A stretch of DNA of 64,000 bases from Epiperipatus broadwayi. Its lineage: Eukaryota > Animalia > Onychophora. The position numbers and the translations under genes were made by a program. A model generated the notes under the pieces. That model made no database searches. It was given only the letters and a program-made list of their open reading frames with translations, and was not told the DNA's origin. Each line of letters begins with the position of its first letter. Positions within the stretch are counted from its first letter, which is position 1. This document shows positions 23,550 to 38,005 of this stretch, piece by piece. The DNA lies in NCBI GenBank assembly GCA_028023455.1, contig JAQFVV010000003.1, forward strand, positions 29,822,001 through 29,886,000. The letters run 5' to 3'.

Positions 23550-26500
23550 GTTCCAATTTCCTCATTTAACATACATAGTCTTCTAAAAATTTGGGTGACT
23601 GTTTCTTTCTTTGAGGTCTTGGCAATCTTTGTCCAGTTTGTGGTTTATTTATCTCTGATTTTGTCTCCGTCAGTTTGATATTTTTTTTCCACTGGCGTTA
23701 TTGTTCTCCCAGCTTGGAGAACTGCAGTGGCATATATGGTTGATGTGTTGCCTGTATAATACAGCATCCTCCATTTTCACCACTGCTATAAATTTGGATG
23801 TTAAGTTGACAATTTTTCCTTTTATTCATGTTTTATATAGACTGACTCTGATCCACACTTTTTTCCCACTATGAATGTTTTATGTTCTGTTTCAACCCAT
23901 ATATGCATGTTTTTTGGTAATAGCAGGGTTAGTTCTGTTCTTAACCTTCGTTTCACTAATAGTTCAGCTGAGGACTTTCCATTCACTGCTGTTGGTGTGG
24001 AGTGTTGGCGTAATATGCAGTGTAATGTTTCTTGCATTTTTGCTGGCTTTTCTTTTTTCAATGCAAGTTTAAGTTGGTTTACTGCATTTTAAGCTAAACT
24101 ATTATTCTCAGGATGGTATAGTGGTGAATACATGTGTTTAATTTCTTTGGTCTCTAAATATTCTTTGAACTTTCCAAAGTAAAGCCAGAACCATTATCTG
24201 TGATGAGAGCTTCTGGGAACCCTTGTGCTGCAAATATTTCATTTAGATGATGAATGACCTCCTCTGTCACCATGTTTCTCACAATTCAGTATTCTACCCA
24301 GTGGAAGTAGGCATCTACTAATATTAAAAATGTATATCCCATGAAGGACCTGCATGGTCCACATGTGCATGTTTCCATGCATTTTTAGCTGGTGACCAAG
24401 GGTTATATTTCTTTATTGTTGATTGAGCATTTGATTGGCATGCTTTGCAAGTTTTTGTGAAGGACTTGATATTCTTGTTTATCTTAGGCCACCAGATATA
24501 GCTTCTGGCAAGTACCTTTGTGTGAACTACTCCTGGATATCCATTTTGAAGCATTTTGAACATCAGGTTTCAGCCCTGTGAGGGTATTATAACTCTATCT
24601 CCATATGCTTGAGTGGGTATTCCAGAAGGCCAGTGGCAAGTTTTTGGCTTTTTACTGGGAAAGTCTTTATTAATACATTTTATAAGTAATTAATAAACTG
24701 GATCATTATCTGTCCACTCTACTACTTTCCTACTATTTATCTGTGAATTCCAATTGTCTATGTAGTTGATCTCACATTGACCTTTTTTATTTCAATTGTC
24801 TCTGGCATCCATACGAGTGCATCTGCATGTTGTACCAAATTGCCCCCTTTATAATTTAGGTCATAGTCATAAGCTGAGAGCAGTGTTATCCAGTGCAGCA
24901 TGCATGGACTGAGATGATTTGGAATGGTTTTACCTTTGCCAATATTCCCAATAATGGTTTGTGGTCAGTTATAACTGTAAATTGTCAACCATACACATAT
25001 TGATGGAATTTTTTAATTCCAAAAATTATGGCCAGGGCCTCCTTGGAAAGTTGACTGTAGTTTGGTTCCTGATGCATCTGCTCTTGTATGTGGAGTGAGT
25101 CAATACTGCTCCAACTCCATACTCCAATGCATCCCATGTCAATACTATTTCCAATGTGCTGTCATAGTGAATTAGAAACTTTTCCAATGTTAATAGGAAT
25201 TTTATTTTAAAAAATACATACCTTAATCTGTTGACCATTCCTAGTTTTGATTTTTCTTCGAGTTTGTATAGAGGAAGAACTACATGTGCTCTCTTTAAGA
25301 AAAGGCTCAAAGTAATTAATCAGTCCCAGAAATATCTGAAGTTGTTTTGAATTTTTTGGTCTGGGTACATTCTTAACTGCTCTAATTTTGTCTGGTGCAG
25401 GGGTTTTCCCATCTTGTGATATGATGTGTCCCAAAAACTTTAAGTTGCTGGAATTTCATATGCATTTTTGGCATATAGTATCACTCCAAACCCCTCAATC
25501 CTACTACACACCCATGTAATTCTCTCTCTGAGTGTTTCTTCATTGTTAGCTGTAATCATGGTATCATCAAAATATGGAATTACCCCACTAGCATATTGAG
25601 TAACCTGTCGATTTTTGCTTGAAAAATGTTTGGTGCCATGCTGATTCCAAATTGCAGATGGTTATATCTGAATAGTCCTAAGCGAGCTGTAATCATTAGT
25701 AGTTCTGAAGTTTCCTCACATACTGGTATTTGGTGAAAGGCTGTGTGGTGATCGAGTTTTGTAAAAAATGATGATTTTTGCAATAATGCCAGAATTTCTC
25801 TTGCTTTCGGAATGGGATATGCACTTTTACAAACATTTTTATTAACTGTTATTCTATACTCTCCACAAATTTGTATTTTCTCATTTGGTTTATTAACTAT
25901 GACAATTGGGGTGGCTTACCCAGAATCTTCTGTTGAGCTTATTATGCCCCTTTGCATGAGTTCATTTAGTGCTTCTACTCTCATTTTCTACATAAGCGGT
26001 ATCTTCCCCACTTTACAAATGACTAGGGTCGAGTGGTTCTTCAGTTCTAATTGTACCAGTGTTATTTTAATCTTCCCCCAGTTTTGGCTTAAATAAGTTG
26101 GGGAATTTATTTTGCATTTCATTCTCAATATTGATTTTTTTTAATTATGTTTATGATCATCCTGAGTGGTCTGAACCAATTCTGGCATATTAGTGGATTT
26201 ATTTGTTTATAGACTGTGTATAGGGGTAATTTTTTGATTTTTGAATTTAATTTTACTTGTAGCTTTACCATTCCAACTATTTCCAACATATTGCCATTTA
26301 CATCTTTAGTGCTTATATTGGTTCTTTCCATTTTATATGAAACATTTCTTTTTGCCGTGTCAACTTCCCAATCACTAAGTGACCTTAGTGTAACTCCAGA
26401 GCCACTGCCAATCTCCATTTTAACACATTTCCCTTTGATGAATATTGGAAGTTTAAATTCTGCTTTGCTATATTTTAGATTTTTAATACATGTATTAAAG

Positions 26501-27734
26501 TTTCTTTTGTCTTTATGCTCTGGTTTTAATTTGTGACAGACTCTTGCTAGATGGTCTTTCGATCTGTAGTTTGTACAGTTCTCTCGATTTTGCCTACAAT
26601 TACGAGTGATATGTCCTGATTTACCACAGCAGTAACAGTTGGTTTTATTATCATTTATTCTTTGTTGTTTTGTCATTTCATTTTATTGTTCCATGGTTTT
26701 CTGAATTGTGTGGTAGTAGTTTGCCATTTGTGTGGTACCAAGATATTCTTTAGCTTGATTCATAGCTAACTCATGTGCAATTCCTCTTTTGATGGCATCT
26801 TTATAATTTTAAAGAATTGACTAGTAGTTGTTCTCAAAATTTAGTATTGTATATGCCCCATAATAACTGTTTCAGTAGGACCTTTTCTAGAAATTGTCCA
26901 TAGGACACAATTTTTCACCAGTTCTCTGAGGGCTGTATCAAATTCTTTGAAATTTTCGGCCTTCATTTGCTGTCAATTTCTAAAATGCAATCTTGTGATG
27001 TGTTTTGAAGGGAGGGGGGAAAATGTGCTGCTAATTTTTGGACTATTTCATTATATAGAAAGCTTTTGAGCTCTGCCAGTTCACACAGACATTTTCCAAT
27101 CTCAAGCACTTTCAATCTGGAAAATCCTAACAATGTGGCCACCTTTATCTGGTTTTCCTTAATGTTATTAACAATAAAAATTTTCTCTATGTGCTTGATG
27201 TATAGTGACCAGTTTGTAGGGTTACCAACATCAAATTCTTTTATTGGCATTTGCAATATGGTGGCCATCTTTGATGGTACATATTTTGTGTTTCTTTTTC
27301 GCAGGTTCTGTACTTGACTCTGCCAAATTGTTTTGTTAACTGCTGAGGTTAATCAATTTATCACTTAATTGTTAGACTAATCACATCTGACTGGCTCAAT
27401 ACTGGATAACGTTTATAATATGTCTTACATGTAATTAATAACACTAGCCGATAGTTCTTAATGGAAACATTAGTTTAGTATTTTAGTGAGCCTAGTCATT
27501 AACATGTGCAGGTCTCACCATTAAGAAATCAAATATTATTATGAATACAAGTAGGAGCTAAATCACACGAATCTCTGGTAATTAATTATTGTTTAAAGAA
27601 TAACGTTACCAAGTATTTTGGCTGCCAAGGTACACATGATCTACTGCTCCTGTCCCTTTGTGCACCTCCTTTGTTTTATGTAGTATCATTCATATTGGTG
27701 ATTGTAATCAGCCAATAGTACCACTAGTATAACA
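23550..27734 (-). mobile_element. Decayed Gypsy/Ty3 LTR retrotransposon
   Basis: Gag N-terminus (26963-27268); two CCHC-like knuckles plus protease (26125-26676); RT (HHTAFHQIP, PYFDD at about 25570, FLGHIIS); RNase H; integrase Zn finger (GYPGVVHTKVLARSYIWWP) and core; pol ends PKFLEDYVC* at 23566. Domain order PR-RT-RH-INT. Many frameshifts. Confidence 0.92.
27329..27734 (-). repeat. Putative 5' LTR of the Gypsy element, about 400 bp
   Basis: On the minus strand it starts TGTTATA (27734) and ends TAACA/AAACA (27334 or 27329). It is followed by PBS-like TGGCAGAGTC (27325-27316), then gag. Confidence 0.65.
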
Positions 27735-30124
27735 CAAAAAACAGCGTCAAATTATTCACAAAATTTAAGACTTTTACAGCTATTTTAAATACTGTGTGTG
27801 TGTGTGTATATTATGCTTTCATACAACAATTTAATTAAGAAACATTATTACAGATATTTTAACATTTTTCTAGAATTTTTTAGAGCATATATATATATAT
27901 TTTAGTCCATGTCAAAATATACTCAAGATGAGTTACATCCAACATCTTTCACAAAAAGATAACATTCCTAATCTCATTGTCTAATCAAATATTTCATCAG
28001 TATCTTATCTAGAACTTTTTTTCTTTAAGTCAGATAGTATTCCACACAACATAATTGATTGCTTTTGATGAGAATGCTCAGTGCTGAAAATTTTCAGTAT
28101 TTTTTTCATGAAAAACAATATCAAACTGTATTAACATTTGTTTCTGCTTGTCTACAACTAATGAAATAATCTCAATTTGATATATATTCAGTGATCATAG
28201 CAAGTATCTACCCATATGTAATTTATTACTAAACATATTGGCAGAATAATAATTAGTAATGACATCTATCAGTGTATGAATCTGTCTGTCACAACTGCCA
28301 CATTAGATAATTTCACAATATTAACAGTATAATTTTTGAAAAATTAAATTCTTTTAATAATCTATAAAAATAATTTTTTTCTTCTAAATTGCTTATATTT
28401 TGTTGCATTATCTTGCCTCATATTTGTTGCTTAGATCATGTAAGCAACTTTGAACAACATAAACTTTTATTATATCAAGATATACTTTTTTAATAAAATC
28501 CATTCTCATTCCAGTAAGTATTAATTTTTTTTTTATCCTTGAAAAATAAAATATAATTCTATAAAAATAATTTTTATACTTTTGTTCACAAATTCTTAAT
28601 ATACCAAATTTGGTTTGTAAAATTAATTTATGTAGATGATACAGTGAAAATAATAAAATGATCTAATGATAATTCTTTTGAGAATTAAAGGAAAAGTTAA
28701 AACTTTTATTAAAAAAAATTATATATATATATATACTGTACTTTAATTATAGATATATGTGAACACCACATTTTTTCTCAGGGTTTATCTTTATATTTAT
28801 GTTTGTTACACTTATTTTATTTTCCAAATCTATATATGATCAATAATTATACAAAATATCACACGACTCACAGTTTACTTACAATTCCTGCATTAAGAGT
28901 ACTAATTCAGTGTATTTATGTATTTCAGAATCATTTTGGATATTTCCTACCATATAATGTTCATTGTTTTCTTAAGCTTGCTATAGATGACTCGAGTATA
29001 ATATAAATAGATGGATAACTGCTCTTAATACAATTATGATTATTTAAAATATTATTATAAGGTATATTCATATAATTTAATTTGTTCACCACTTGAAATG
29101 AAAACAATACAGTGAAACTACATCAACAGCACAATGTTAAATTGTAAAATTATGTTCAGTCTCATGAAAGTAATTAATTTCATCAGGCAACCATAACTTG
29201 TTAATTGCCTTGAGTCAAACATAATCCTTAAATACTTTGTTGCTATAGAATTTATGTGTGTATTGAATTATTTAATTACTTATTTATGAACTCAAAAGAT
29301 ATAATGATGAATTTTCCAAAATATTATAATTTATTGAAATACAATTTATTCATAGAAATTATTTAATTTAATTTTAAAAGCAAATATTTTTTAAAAATAT
29401 ATTTCTTACTACTTCTGTTAGTTAGTGGAATGAAATCAGCATAATAAAATTATACCATCAGTAAATATTTATAAAATTATATTCAGAATTAGTTTCATCA
29501 ATCAAACAGCTCATCAACTGCCTTGAGTCAAACACCACAATTCTCTCATAACATAAAATAATGAAATATATTGAATAAATTATGTTTCAGTGGCTCATAA
29601 ATGAAGTACATCGCAAATATATTAATATTTTTTTGCTTGTATAGATAAACAATTAAATTATTCTGTACATCTGTGTTTAGCTTAAAACTTTGTGGATTGC
29701 AATTTGATTCAGGACAGCTAAATGAGACAGGATTGTTAATGAAACTGATCAGTCTTCTGAATTAAACTTAATTTTACAAATTGTCAGTTTCACTATAATG
29801 ATTTCACTTTACATAATACAAATGTTGCAATGCCTACTAATATTATAAACTTTCCCTATATAATTGATTTATTATAATTCCAAAATTAATAAATTTTGGT
29901 CATATATCATTGAAAATACGAATAAGATCAACATCCAACCATGACGGTGTTTTATCTTAGAATAGAGGAATATAGCAGTTAGTCCTGGAGGTAAAAAGAA
30001 AAGTGTTTCCCCAAATAACTAAATCTATAATAATGACATATATATTAATTGAATCTGAAATGCATAATATTTTCTGTGTGACATAACTTTTATGCTCTTA
30101 AAACAATTAAAAAATCTAAATTTA

Positions 30125-30400
30125 AAATTATATTAAACTAGGGAAAAATTAAGCCCCAAAGCAAAGTTAAAATTAAATTTCAAGAACAATGAAGCACATA
30201 TATTAAAATCTAAAAATGCACATCAAACTCGTAACATTAAAATATTAAATGAAGAGAAAAATTAAATTTAATTTTTGGGGGTTTAATTTAAACAAACACA
30301 CATATATATTTGTTTGCATTTGAAATTTAAATTTAAACTGTTACTTTGGGATTTCATTTTTTTTCTAGCTTTATATATTTTTTTAGTTTCAATTTTATAA
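30125..30400. repeat. Degenerate AT-rich inverted repeat
   Basis: aaactagggaaaaatt...ccccaaagcaaagtt...aaatttcaa versus ttgaaattt...actttggga...ttttctagcttt. Confidence 0.35.
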
Positions 30401-30710
30401 TTATTTCAAAATATTAAAGTTCTTTCTTCAAAAAACTTACTTTATCATGCATACTTGATTTTAATTAGTATATTTATCAAGTTGATTTGCCTCCAGATCT
30501 ACGTGATATATTACTCTATTTCCAAGACAAAACATTATCATAGAGGAATGTTGATCTTGTTTCTATTTGTCTTTGGTATGTGACTAACATTTAGTTTTGG
30601 GATTTTAATAATTCAATTATTTGGCTCGAGTTTGTAACTTTAATAAGTGTAATTAATTTATTATAGTCTGTTTACATGTATTATATATATATGAGTGAAC
30701 ATATCAATAG

Positions 30711-30856
30711 GTCCTGAAATGATAAAAGTTTTGCAGCCTGCTGTGAATGAAGATTTATCAAAGTTAACTTTCATGACAACAGTTATTACTTCAGTATTTG
30801 GAGTACCAAATTGTAGGGTGACACGATGTGGTTACACTGGAGAAGATGGTGTTGAG
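30711..30856 (+). CDS. AMT: AMT coding exon: (G)[48 protein letters not shown]
   Basis: caatAG|gt cct ... gtt gag|GTaaaa. 146 nt, phase 1 to 0. Contains the diagnostic GcvT motif [11 protein letters not shown] (ORF track 30695..30916). Confidence 0.97.
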
Positions 30857-31110
30857 GTAAAAACTTTTTATTACAAAACAAATTATATATATATTATAAC
30901 CCCCCCCCCCACTTGACATCGATCCTACACATCATATGAACAAATGCCCAGGGCACCAATTCTATTAATGAATAGAATATGTTAACAATTATATTTTGCT
31001 TTGAATTAATATTGAGACTCTTCTACTTATGCCTGATTTACAGCTTAGATCAGTGGAGGGTTATAGAAAGTTATGAATATACAGAATATAAATAAATGAA
31101 GGAAGAAATA

Positions 31111-31519
31111 CTATTGATGATTAAATACTTATATACAGCTAAAACCTTAGTACGTATGCCTTGAGTGCTTAATTTTAACAAGAGAGACCTCTACAAATCA
31201 TAATGCAAGATTCGACTTTATAAAGATAAGAGGGACCCTCTTATCTCTGAACCTATTTTCTTAATTATATAGGCAAATCTAAAGCATATTGATTTGGGAG
31301 CATGAAGCTAATAAATTCTTCACTGATTAAGTCCACTATTTCTGTTAAACATTAACGTTCTTGAAATCTTTCGATTTACAACGAGTCAATATTCAGATAT
31401 TAAATTTAGAAATATTTTGAATCAATTTAAAGTTGTAAATATTAATTCTTATTAAGCACGATGTCAGCATGTAATACTTATATAAGGCTAAAACCTTAGT
31501 ACATACGCCTATTGATGAT
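31111..31519. mobile_element. Insertion of about 390 bp with 36-bp terminal direct repeats and an 11-bp TSD
   Basis: TSD ctattgatgat at 31111-31121 and 31509-31519. Direct repeats 31124-31159 and 31473-31508. Internal perfect hairpin agataagaggg-a-ccctcttatct at about 31224-31246. Confidence 0.6.
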
Positions 31520-34299
31520 CAAAACAAAATATATACCTCATTTGTTAATCAACCAAATGATAGAAATCAATAAAGTTTTATTTATTTAAGCTAATAAACT
31601 ATAATTTATATTTGATCTCTTCCATCATCCAAGTACATTCACATATTAGCTATAATATAACTTCAACAGAAAAACATGATATTGAATAATTCCACTATCT
31701 ATCACGTCTTAATCTAAATAGCTAAATTAATATTAATTTGGAGTTATGAAATCAGATCTCAGGGAATCTTTAATACGATTTGATTAAAGAAATTCTATTA
31801 CATAATAATTTATAACTATTTTAATAAAAAAATAATGGAATGAATTGAATGATGTTTCACTGGATTAGCAATTAGATAATGAAGGAAATAGGGTATCTTT
31901 TAATCTCGCATCATTGTCTAAATAATAACTAAAGTATGCAACCTTCTTCACAAGTTTACCAAATGGTAAAGTATTTCATATAATGTTTGGATCAAAAGAA
32001 CAATATTATCAGATTTCAGTATGTTTATTATCAAATTTACAAAGTAATGCATTTATGTTGTAATAGATATGTAGAATGTGGAAACTAGAATACAATGCAT
32101 ATAAGAACAACTGGAGACAAAGTTTTAAATAATAAATAAAGCATTTATTTACATTTGCAATTAAAATAGATATAATTAGCTCACATTGGGACTATTTGTC
32201 CTAATTCTTAAATTTTACACATACATTTACTAATCTGGGTGTGATATCTCTTTTGTTACATTTTTTATCATTTATTGACTAGACATTTACAAGATATGAA
32301 TTACAAATAAAATAATGCCCTCATATTCTAACTTCGAATATATTTAGGCTGTTAATTAACTTTAACATTTTTATTATTATTAACAAACAACACTGGGTAA
32401 TTAAATATCTTATTATGGGCACAAATATACAAGTTGGAGAGGTCACACTATCAATTATTGGGATAAAACAAATAGCTCAATCAAATAATTCCTTTAAATA
32501 TCTATACTTTTCACACATTCCAAATAAAAGTAATCATTTTGATGATTTGATGATTTAAAGCTTGTGGTAAATTAACATGATATAATTCAAAATATTTAAT
32601 TCCTGACATATAAATTTAACAGTATTATACTTTCATGTCTGCAAGATTATTTGTATTACATGTGTGTCATATCTTATGCTATAATTAAGACAATTTCAAT
32701 ATATTTACATCTTGTTAGTTTACTTATGAATTACTAAATAAGTATTATAATACGGATAATGCCATAGATCAACTAACAAATATAACACTATTTCTGCTGT
32801 AATATTCCATGAAGAATTTAATCTTTCCATTTATTTAACTGCCAACTACATTACATGTAGCTATGATTCTATGATAACACAAAAATAAACATTCAAGAAA
32901 AATTTAAGCACATGAGGAATAAACAAGCTTCTTGGCTAATAAATCTAATGACAAATAATGAATCCCCACCTAACTTTGAGGTATACTATTGATGTGGGAC
33001 TCAGTCTCACCACCAGAATAAAGGGGACATATACTACTCAACTTCATAAAATATTATTTTTATAATGCATACATACGCAATCTAGGAATATAGTTCACTC
33101 ATGGCAAATACTTATATATTAAGGGAGAGAATTCTCAATCCCACTCAACATAGAAAATATCACGAATAACTTTGTTTCTCACAGCTATTTAATACTTTTC
33201 ATTCTATACATTGGAAAATAAATACACATACACAGATAGGTCACTAATTCCTATCAATTCTTTTAGCATATGGCATTAACCGAAATTAACAGAAAGAAAA
33301 ACAGTCATAAAACTGAATATTTACTAATTATATGAAATAAATGCATAAGACAGACACACATACATATACATAAGAGTATGAAAATAATTTCAAATTATAT
33401 AATACGTGAATATTACAGTAAAGTAAATGGTAAACTGAAAATAAAACTTTCAGTTTGTGACAAATTATTAACTGTTTTAAATTTTTTAAATGATAGTAGT
33501 TATTGTCAACGAATTTCACCATTTCTAATAACGTTTATCTTTCATACATTTGTTACTCTCTAAGCCAATTGCTCACTTTGAGACATTTAATAAATAAATA
33601 AAAAATATACTCCTCTTCAATAAAGCACCCAAACATACATATAACCTACATAAAAAATTCTACTTAAAATAATAATCATTTACTGGGGTATTGCAAATTG
33701 CAATACACTATCTGAGACATTCTTGAAGTCAAGGAAATAACAAATTAAATAAGCAAATACATAAATAATAAACCTGTCTATCTATTTATGGTATATCAAT
33801 AGCAACAAGAAAAAGAAAAAAGTCACTCTTCTTTTAACTTAAAAAAATTCACTTGCAAAGTTTCTTTCTTTCTTAACATAAAGTTTCCCGAACAACGTGA
33901 AGACAAGGATGATGATTTCAGATGAGTATGTGTTAGTAAACATGAAGACAAATTCCTATAGGATAAACATTCACAACTTAGATTTAATTTAGCAATCTTA
34001 AATGTTCTTAGCAATAGCTAATTGAGCTCACTAATATGACATGCAAGTAATAAATTTTTATAATAAAGATGGAGATATGGATAGATAGTTTCAGCTACAT
34101 ATTTCTTTTATATTTATCATTTAATTAATTCTGGAAATTTTAAAATTTATTCAGCAGTAACTTTAGCAGATTTCCAAAAAAAAAAATTGACTTCCCATAA
34201 ACTTCATAAGTTAGAACAAATATAATTATTTTGATCCATTGCTAATTAATTATTCACGTAAAATCTACAATTCCTTAAGCAATAACATTTTTCTTTTAT

Positions 34300-34760
34300 A
34301 ATAAGTCCACATACCAAGGAGAACAAGAAATATATAATATTAATGTCCTTCTACTTGACTTAAAATAGGTATACATTAATAAACACTAGTAATTAATTAA
34401 TATATTTGTAAGTCACACATTCACTTCGTTAATAAATTAATTTATAAACATGAATAATAAGCATAATTATTATCATGGAGTAGTTCAAGTATATAGCACA
34501 ATAAATTGTACTCGCATCTTTCCATTTTAACTTAACTTTTATATAATTAGAAGAGAATTTAAATGTAGAGTCTATGGTAGGTTTTGGTAAGCAGTCCTGT
34601 ATAAATTTCCTTAAAAGATTATAAAGTTCATACAATTTTCTTAAAAGACTAGAAAGTTCATGCAATTTCATTTTTTCCTTAATAATAATGAAAAAAAAAG
34701 ATATAAACAAACAAAGTAGATTAAAGTTATCAGCATATAAATACATTTTAAAATGATAGG
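34300..34760 (-). mobile_element. Possible old CR1/L2/Jockey-type RT remnant
   Basis: ORF 34429-34746 contains YLYADNFNLL (YADD-like) and FKF...KLKWKD. Confidence 0.3.
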
Positions 34761-35482
34761 GTTAATTTAATGTTTAACTGAGTGGAAAAAATGAAGAAAA
34801 TATACTTTTTGTATAAATTAGCCTGATATCCTTCCGTAAATGTAAAAAATGTGCAATAAAATTTAATTAATAATAATAATAAAAAAGAAACTATTTTTGG
34901 TTCACAAATGCTTAATATTACTCATAATTTATATTCCTTCAGTTGGCATTTTTAAATAGCAGGTGCTTTTGAAAAAGGTGATTTTAAGTTTGAATCCATA
35001 AGTAATTTATATTTTTTTCTCCAGGGTAGTTCTCTTCTTTGTATTCTAGCATTATAAATTGTAAGCTTGAGTTTACAAATACTAACAGATGTTAAAGAAA
35101 TTTAATTCCTATCCTCAGGACAGTTTAGATGGCAGTAGAGTGCAGAGGATATATGCTGTTAGTATTATAATAAGCTTTGACAGTCAAGAAATGTTATCTT
35201 TTATATTTATTTATTTCAAATAAATTTATTCATTTTTTATTTCATTTTAAATTTAATCTTGCACAATAATTTAATGTAAATTAGTAAAATATTAATTGAT
35301 GAATAAAGAGAAACAATGCACAATACTCTATTTATATATTGAACTATTTCCATAATCTAGTATTGAATGCCTTTAGAAAAATTAAACTTTATTTAAATTT
35401 TCAAAGTACATTCACAACATTTCAATAAATATTATTCTCTCTTTTTCAGCTGTTTCTGGCCTGACCAGTGACAGTATTACCA

Positions 35483-35560
35483 CAGGGATCAAACCTGTAC
35501 CCTTAGATTCTTGAATATTGAATTTTAAGGTAACACTCTAACCAACTGAGCCATCCTGCC
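35483..35560 (-). promoter_or_regulatory. tRNA-like Pol III A/B-box segment inside the 3' pLTR (second copy at about 38030-38110)
   Basis: Minus strand GGCAGGA-TGGCTCAGTTGGT-TAGAG (A box) ... GGTTTGATCCC (B box, TG in place of CG). The middle is expanded and does not give a clean cloverleaf. Confidence 0.6.
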
Positions 35561-37962
35561 AAAGGCAAGTCAGTAGAAATTTCATATATTTATCTATGAG
35601 GTTTCTCCTGATTTCTCCACATTTACCTAAGGGCAAAATTGATTAGTGGTTTCCATACATTATTTATAATCACACTATATTGACTTATAGGGTTATTTAC
35701 CATTATCATGTGGGCAGCTTCTTTGACTTTTCTTTTTTGTACCTTTTCCTCTCAATCCAATATTTTTGTATTTTCCCAATAGAACATATACGTTCATTGG
35801 CACCTACATAGTCTGCTACCTTAGACATATCTGTTTTCTCTCTTCTAATCATCATTTTGTAGTTTTGCAATCACTTTCAATGAGGCAATTGGTCTCACCA
35901 ATATATATTCTTCCACATTCACATGGGTAGATGCAGTTTTTGTTTTTCAGCATTTCAAGTTTAGTCTTTGTAGCTCTAGAAAGTTGTTCTGATGTTATAC
36001 TGATTGCAGATTTTTCTTAATTTGTCTGTTATTTTTGATATATATGGATTTACTACAGTACCAATAATTGTTCTTCTTTTGATGGTTCTCTGTGTTGTCA
36101 ATTTAAGGTTTTCCCAATAGCAGCTGATGATAACCATTTTTCATAAGAGTTTGTTCTATATGGATCTTTTTCCAAATTGATGGTTTCCAAATAAACTTCT
36201 TTTTCTCTGTTCCATAGCGATAGTATAATTCCATGTTTTGTGTTTCTGGTGTGATTGGATGTATATGTTAAGTATTTTCCTATATGTGTGGGTGTTCTGT
36301 AAACTGTAGTTTTGATTTAGCCATGAGACAGTCTTGTCACAAGAACATCTTAAAATGTCAATTTGTGTTCTTGTTCTGATTCTATTGTAAATTTAATTGA
36401 AGGGGATATGTTGTTGATGTGCTTCCAAAAAGTTTATAGCAGTACTTTACCATGTGGTCATACAGCAAATGTATCATCTACATAGCAAATCCAAACTTTA
36501 GGTGGATATAGAGTAGTCTTTATGGCTGTGATTTCAAGTTTTTCCATTTAAATATTGCTAATCAGGAATGATAGCCATTCCTTGATTTTGTTGGAAGAAT
36601 TGTGTGTTGTATTGAAAGTAAATTGTTGTAATGCAGAATTTTAGTAGTTCTATTATATCATCATCACTATTTAACCTTTTTCTTACAATAGACAATGCTT
36701 CTTCACATGGTACATTTGTGAACAAACTTTTCCCATCAAAGCTTATTAGTATGTCAATTCTTTTAATTGTCATGCTCTTGCTTAATCTCTACAAAATGTT
36801 TAGAATACCTGACAAAGGACTGGGTCTTGTATGCTAAAGAACTAAGAACTTTGAGAAGAAATCTTGACAAATTTTGGCAATGTGAATTTCTAGAACAATA
36901 GGTCTTAATGGAATGTGATCTTTATGGATTTTAGGTACATCATAAAGATGAGGAATTTTACTGAAATATGGTATTAGTTTACTTTTTTCTGAATCACTAA
37001 AGAATCAGTGATGTTTTCTAAATAACACTTGCAACTTTGTTTCTGTACTCGGTATCAGATTTTTTGTCACTTTTCTGTATTCGCCTGCTGTGAGGAATTC
37101 TTGTGTTTTGTTGCCATCAGTTGTATCCATTAAAACTGTTGCATTGCCTTTATCAGCTGGTATAATGATTAGATATTTGTCTATTTTGAGAGATTTAATT
37201 GCTTTTTTTTCATCATATGGTATTTTTGACTTCAATTTTTGTTGCTTCTCAAGTGTTCTTTTTATTATTCAACATAATTCTGCTGCTTCTTCTAAAGACA
37301 ATTTTTGAGTGACCTCCTCAGTGGCTGCCATTATATCTAATAAAGTGATATTAGATGGTGTTATGGAGAAGTTTAATCCTTATTTGAGAACAGAAATTTC
37401 AGCATGCATTAGAAGTTTAGATCTGAGATTTTTAACAGATGCAGCTGATACACTGCTTGGGACATTGTTTATTTTGATATGCTCATGTAGGGTTGTTTTA
37501 TTTATTAGTAAATTTATTTTTTAGACAACATTCTACATTATTAATAGAATGCAAGATTTGGTACTTGGAAAACCTTTGAGCATTTATTCTTTCTCATAGC
37601 AGAGCTTCACTTGCTCTCTGAATATTTTTCTTAACTCTCTGGGAATGAATTGGAGATTTTTGTTGCAAACCTTTAGGAACTATCCCTTCAGATTTATATT
37701 TACATAAGAAAGTTAAATCTATTTTTGCCAGCTTTAAATATAATTTTTTATAATGTCTAAAGTTTGATATAGTATTGAGTCTATACCGAATACTTAGGAT
37801 TTTCCTGAAGGTTTGTGAGGATGGTATTTTGGTTGTATTTATATATTGGACTATTTCCATCATCTAGTATTGAGTATTGAATGTCTTTAGAAAAATTAAA
37901 CTTTATTTAAATTTTCAAAATACATTCTCCTGTTATTAATAGCACACAGGTTAGTATAGGCC

Positions 37963-38005
37963 CAACATTTTGAGAGGTATTATTCTCTCATCTTCAGGTG
38001 TTGCT
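37963..38005 (-). ncRNA. Hammerhead ribozyme core in the PLE pLTR (decayed); homologous copies at about 35415-35455 (-) and 38290-38330 (+)
   Basis: CCUGAAGA-U-GAGAG aauaauac CUCUC-AAAAUGUUG. The + copy reads CAGAAGA-A-GAGAGG aaaauaaua CCUCUC-GAAAC. Hammerheads in PLE pLTRs are established. Stems I and III are uncertain. Confidence 0.6.

Noticed and set aside
32300-34300. Old plus-strand LINE endonuclease traces
   Set aside because: The motif traces are ambiguous and conflict in strand with the neighbouring remnant.
35483-35560. Genuine tRNA gene
   Set aside because: The anticodon/variable region is expanded and AT-rich, the B box is mutated, and it is embedded in a retroelement repeat.
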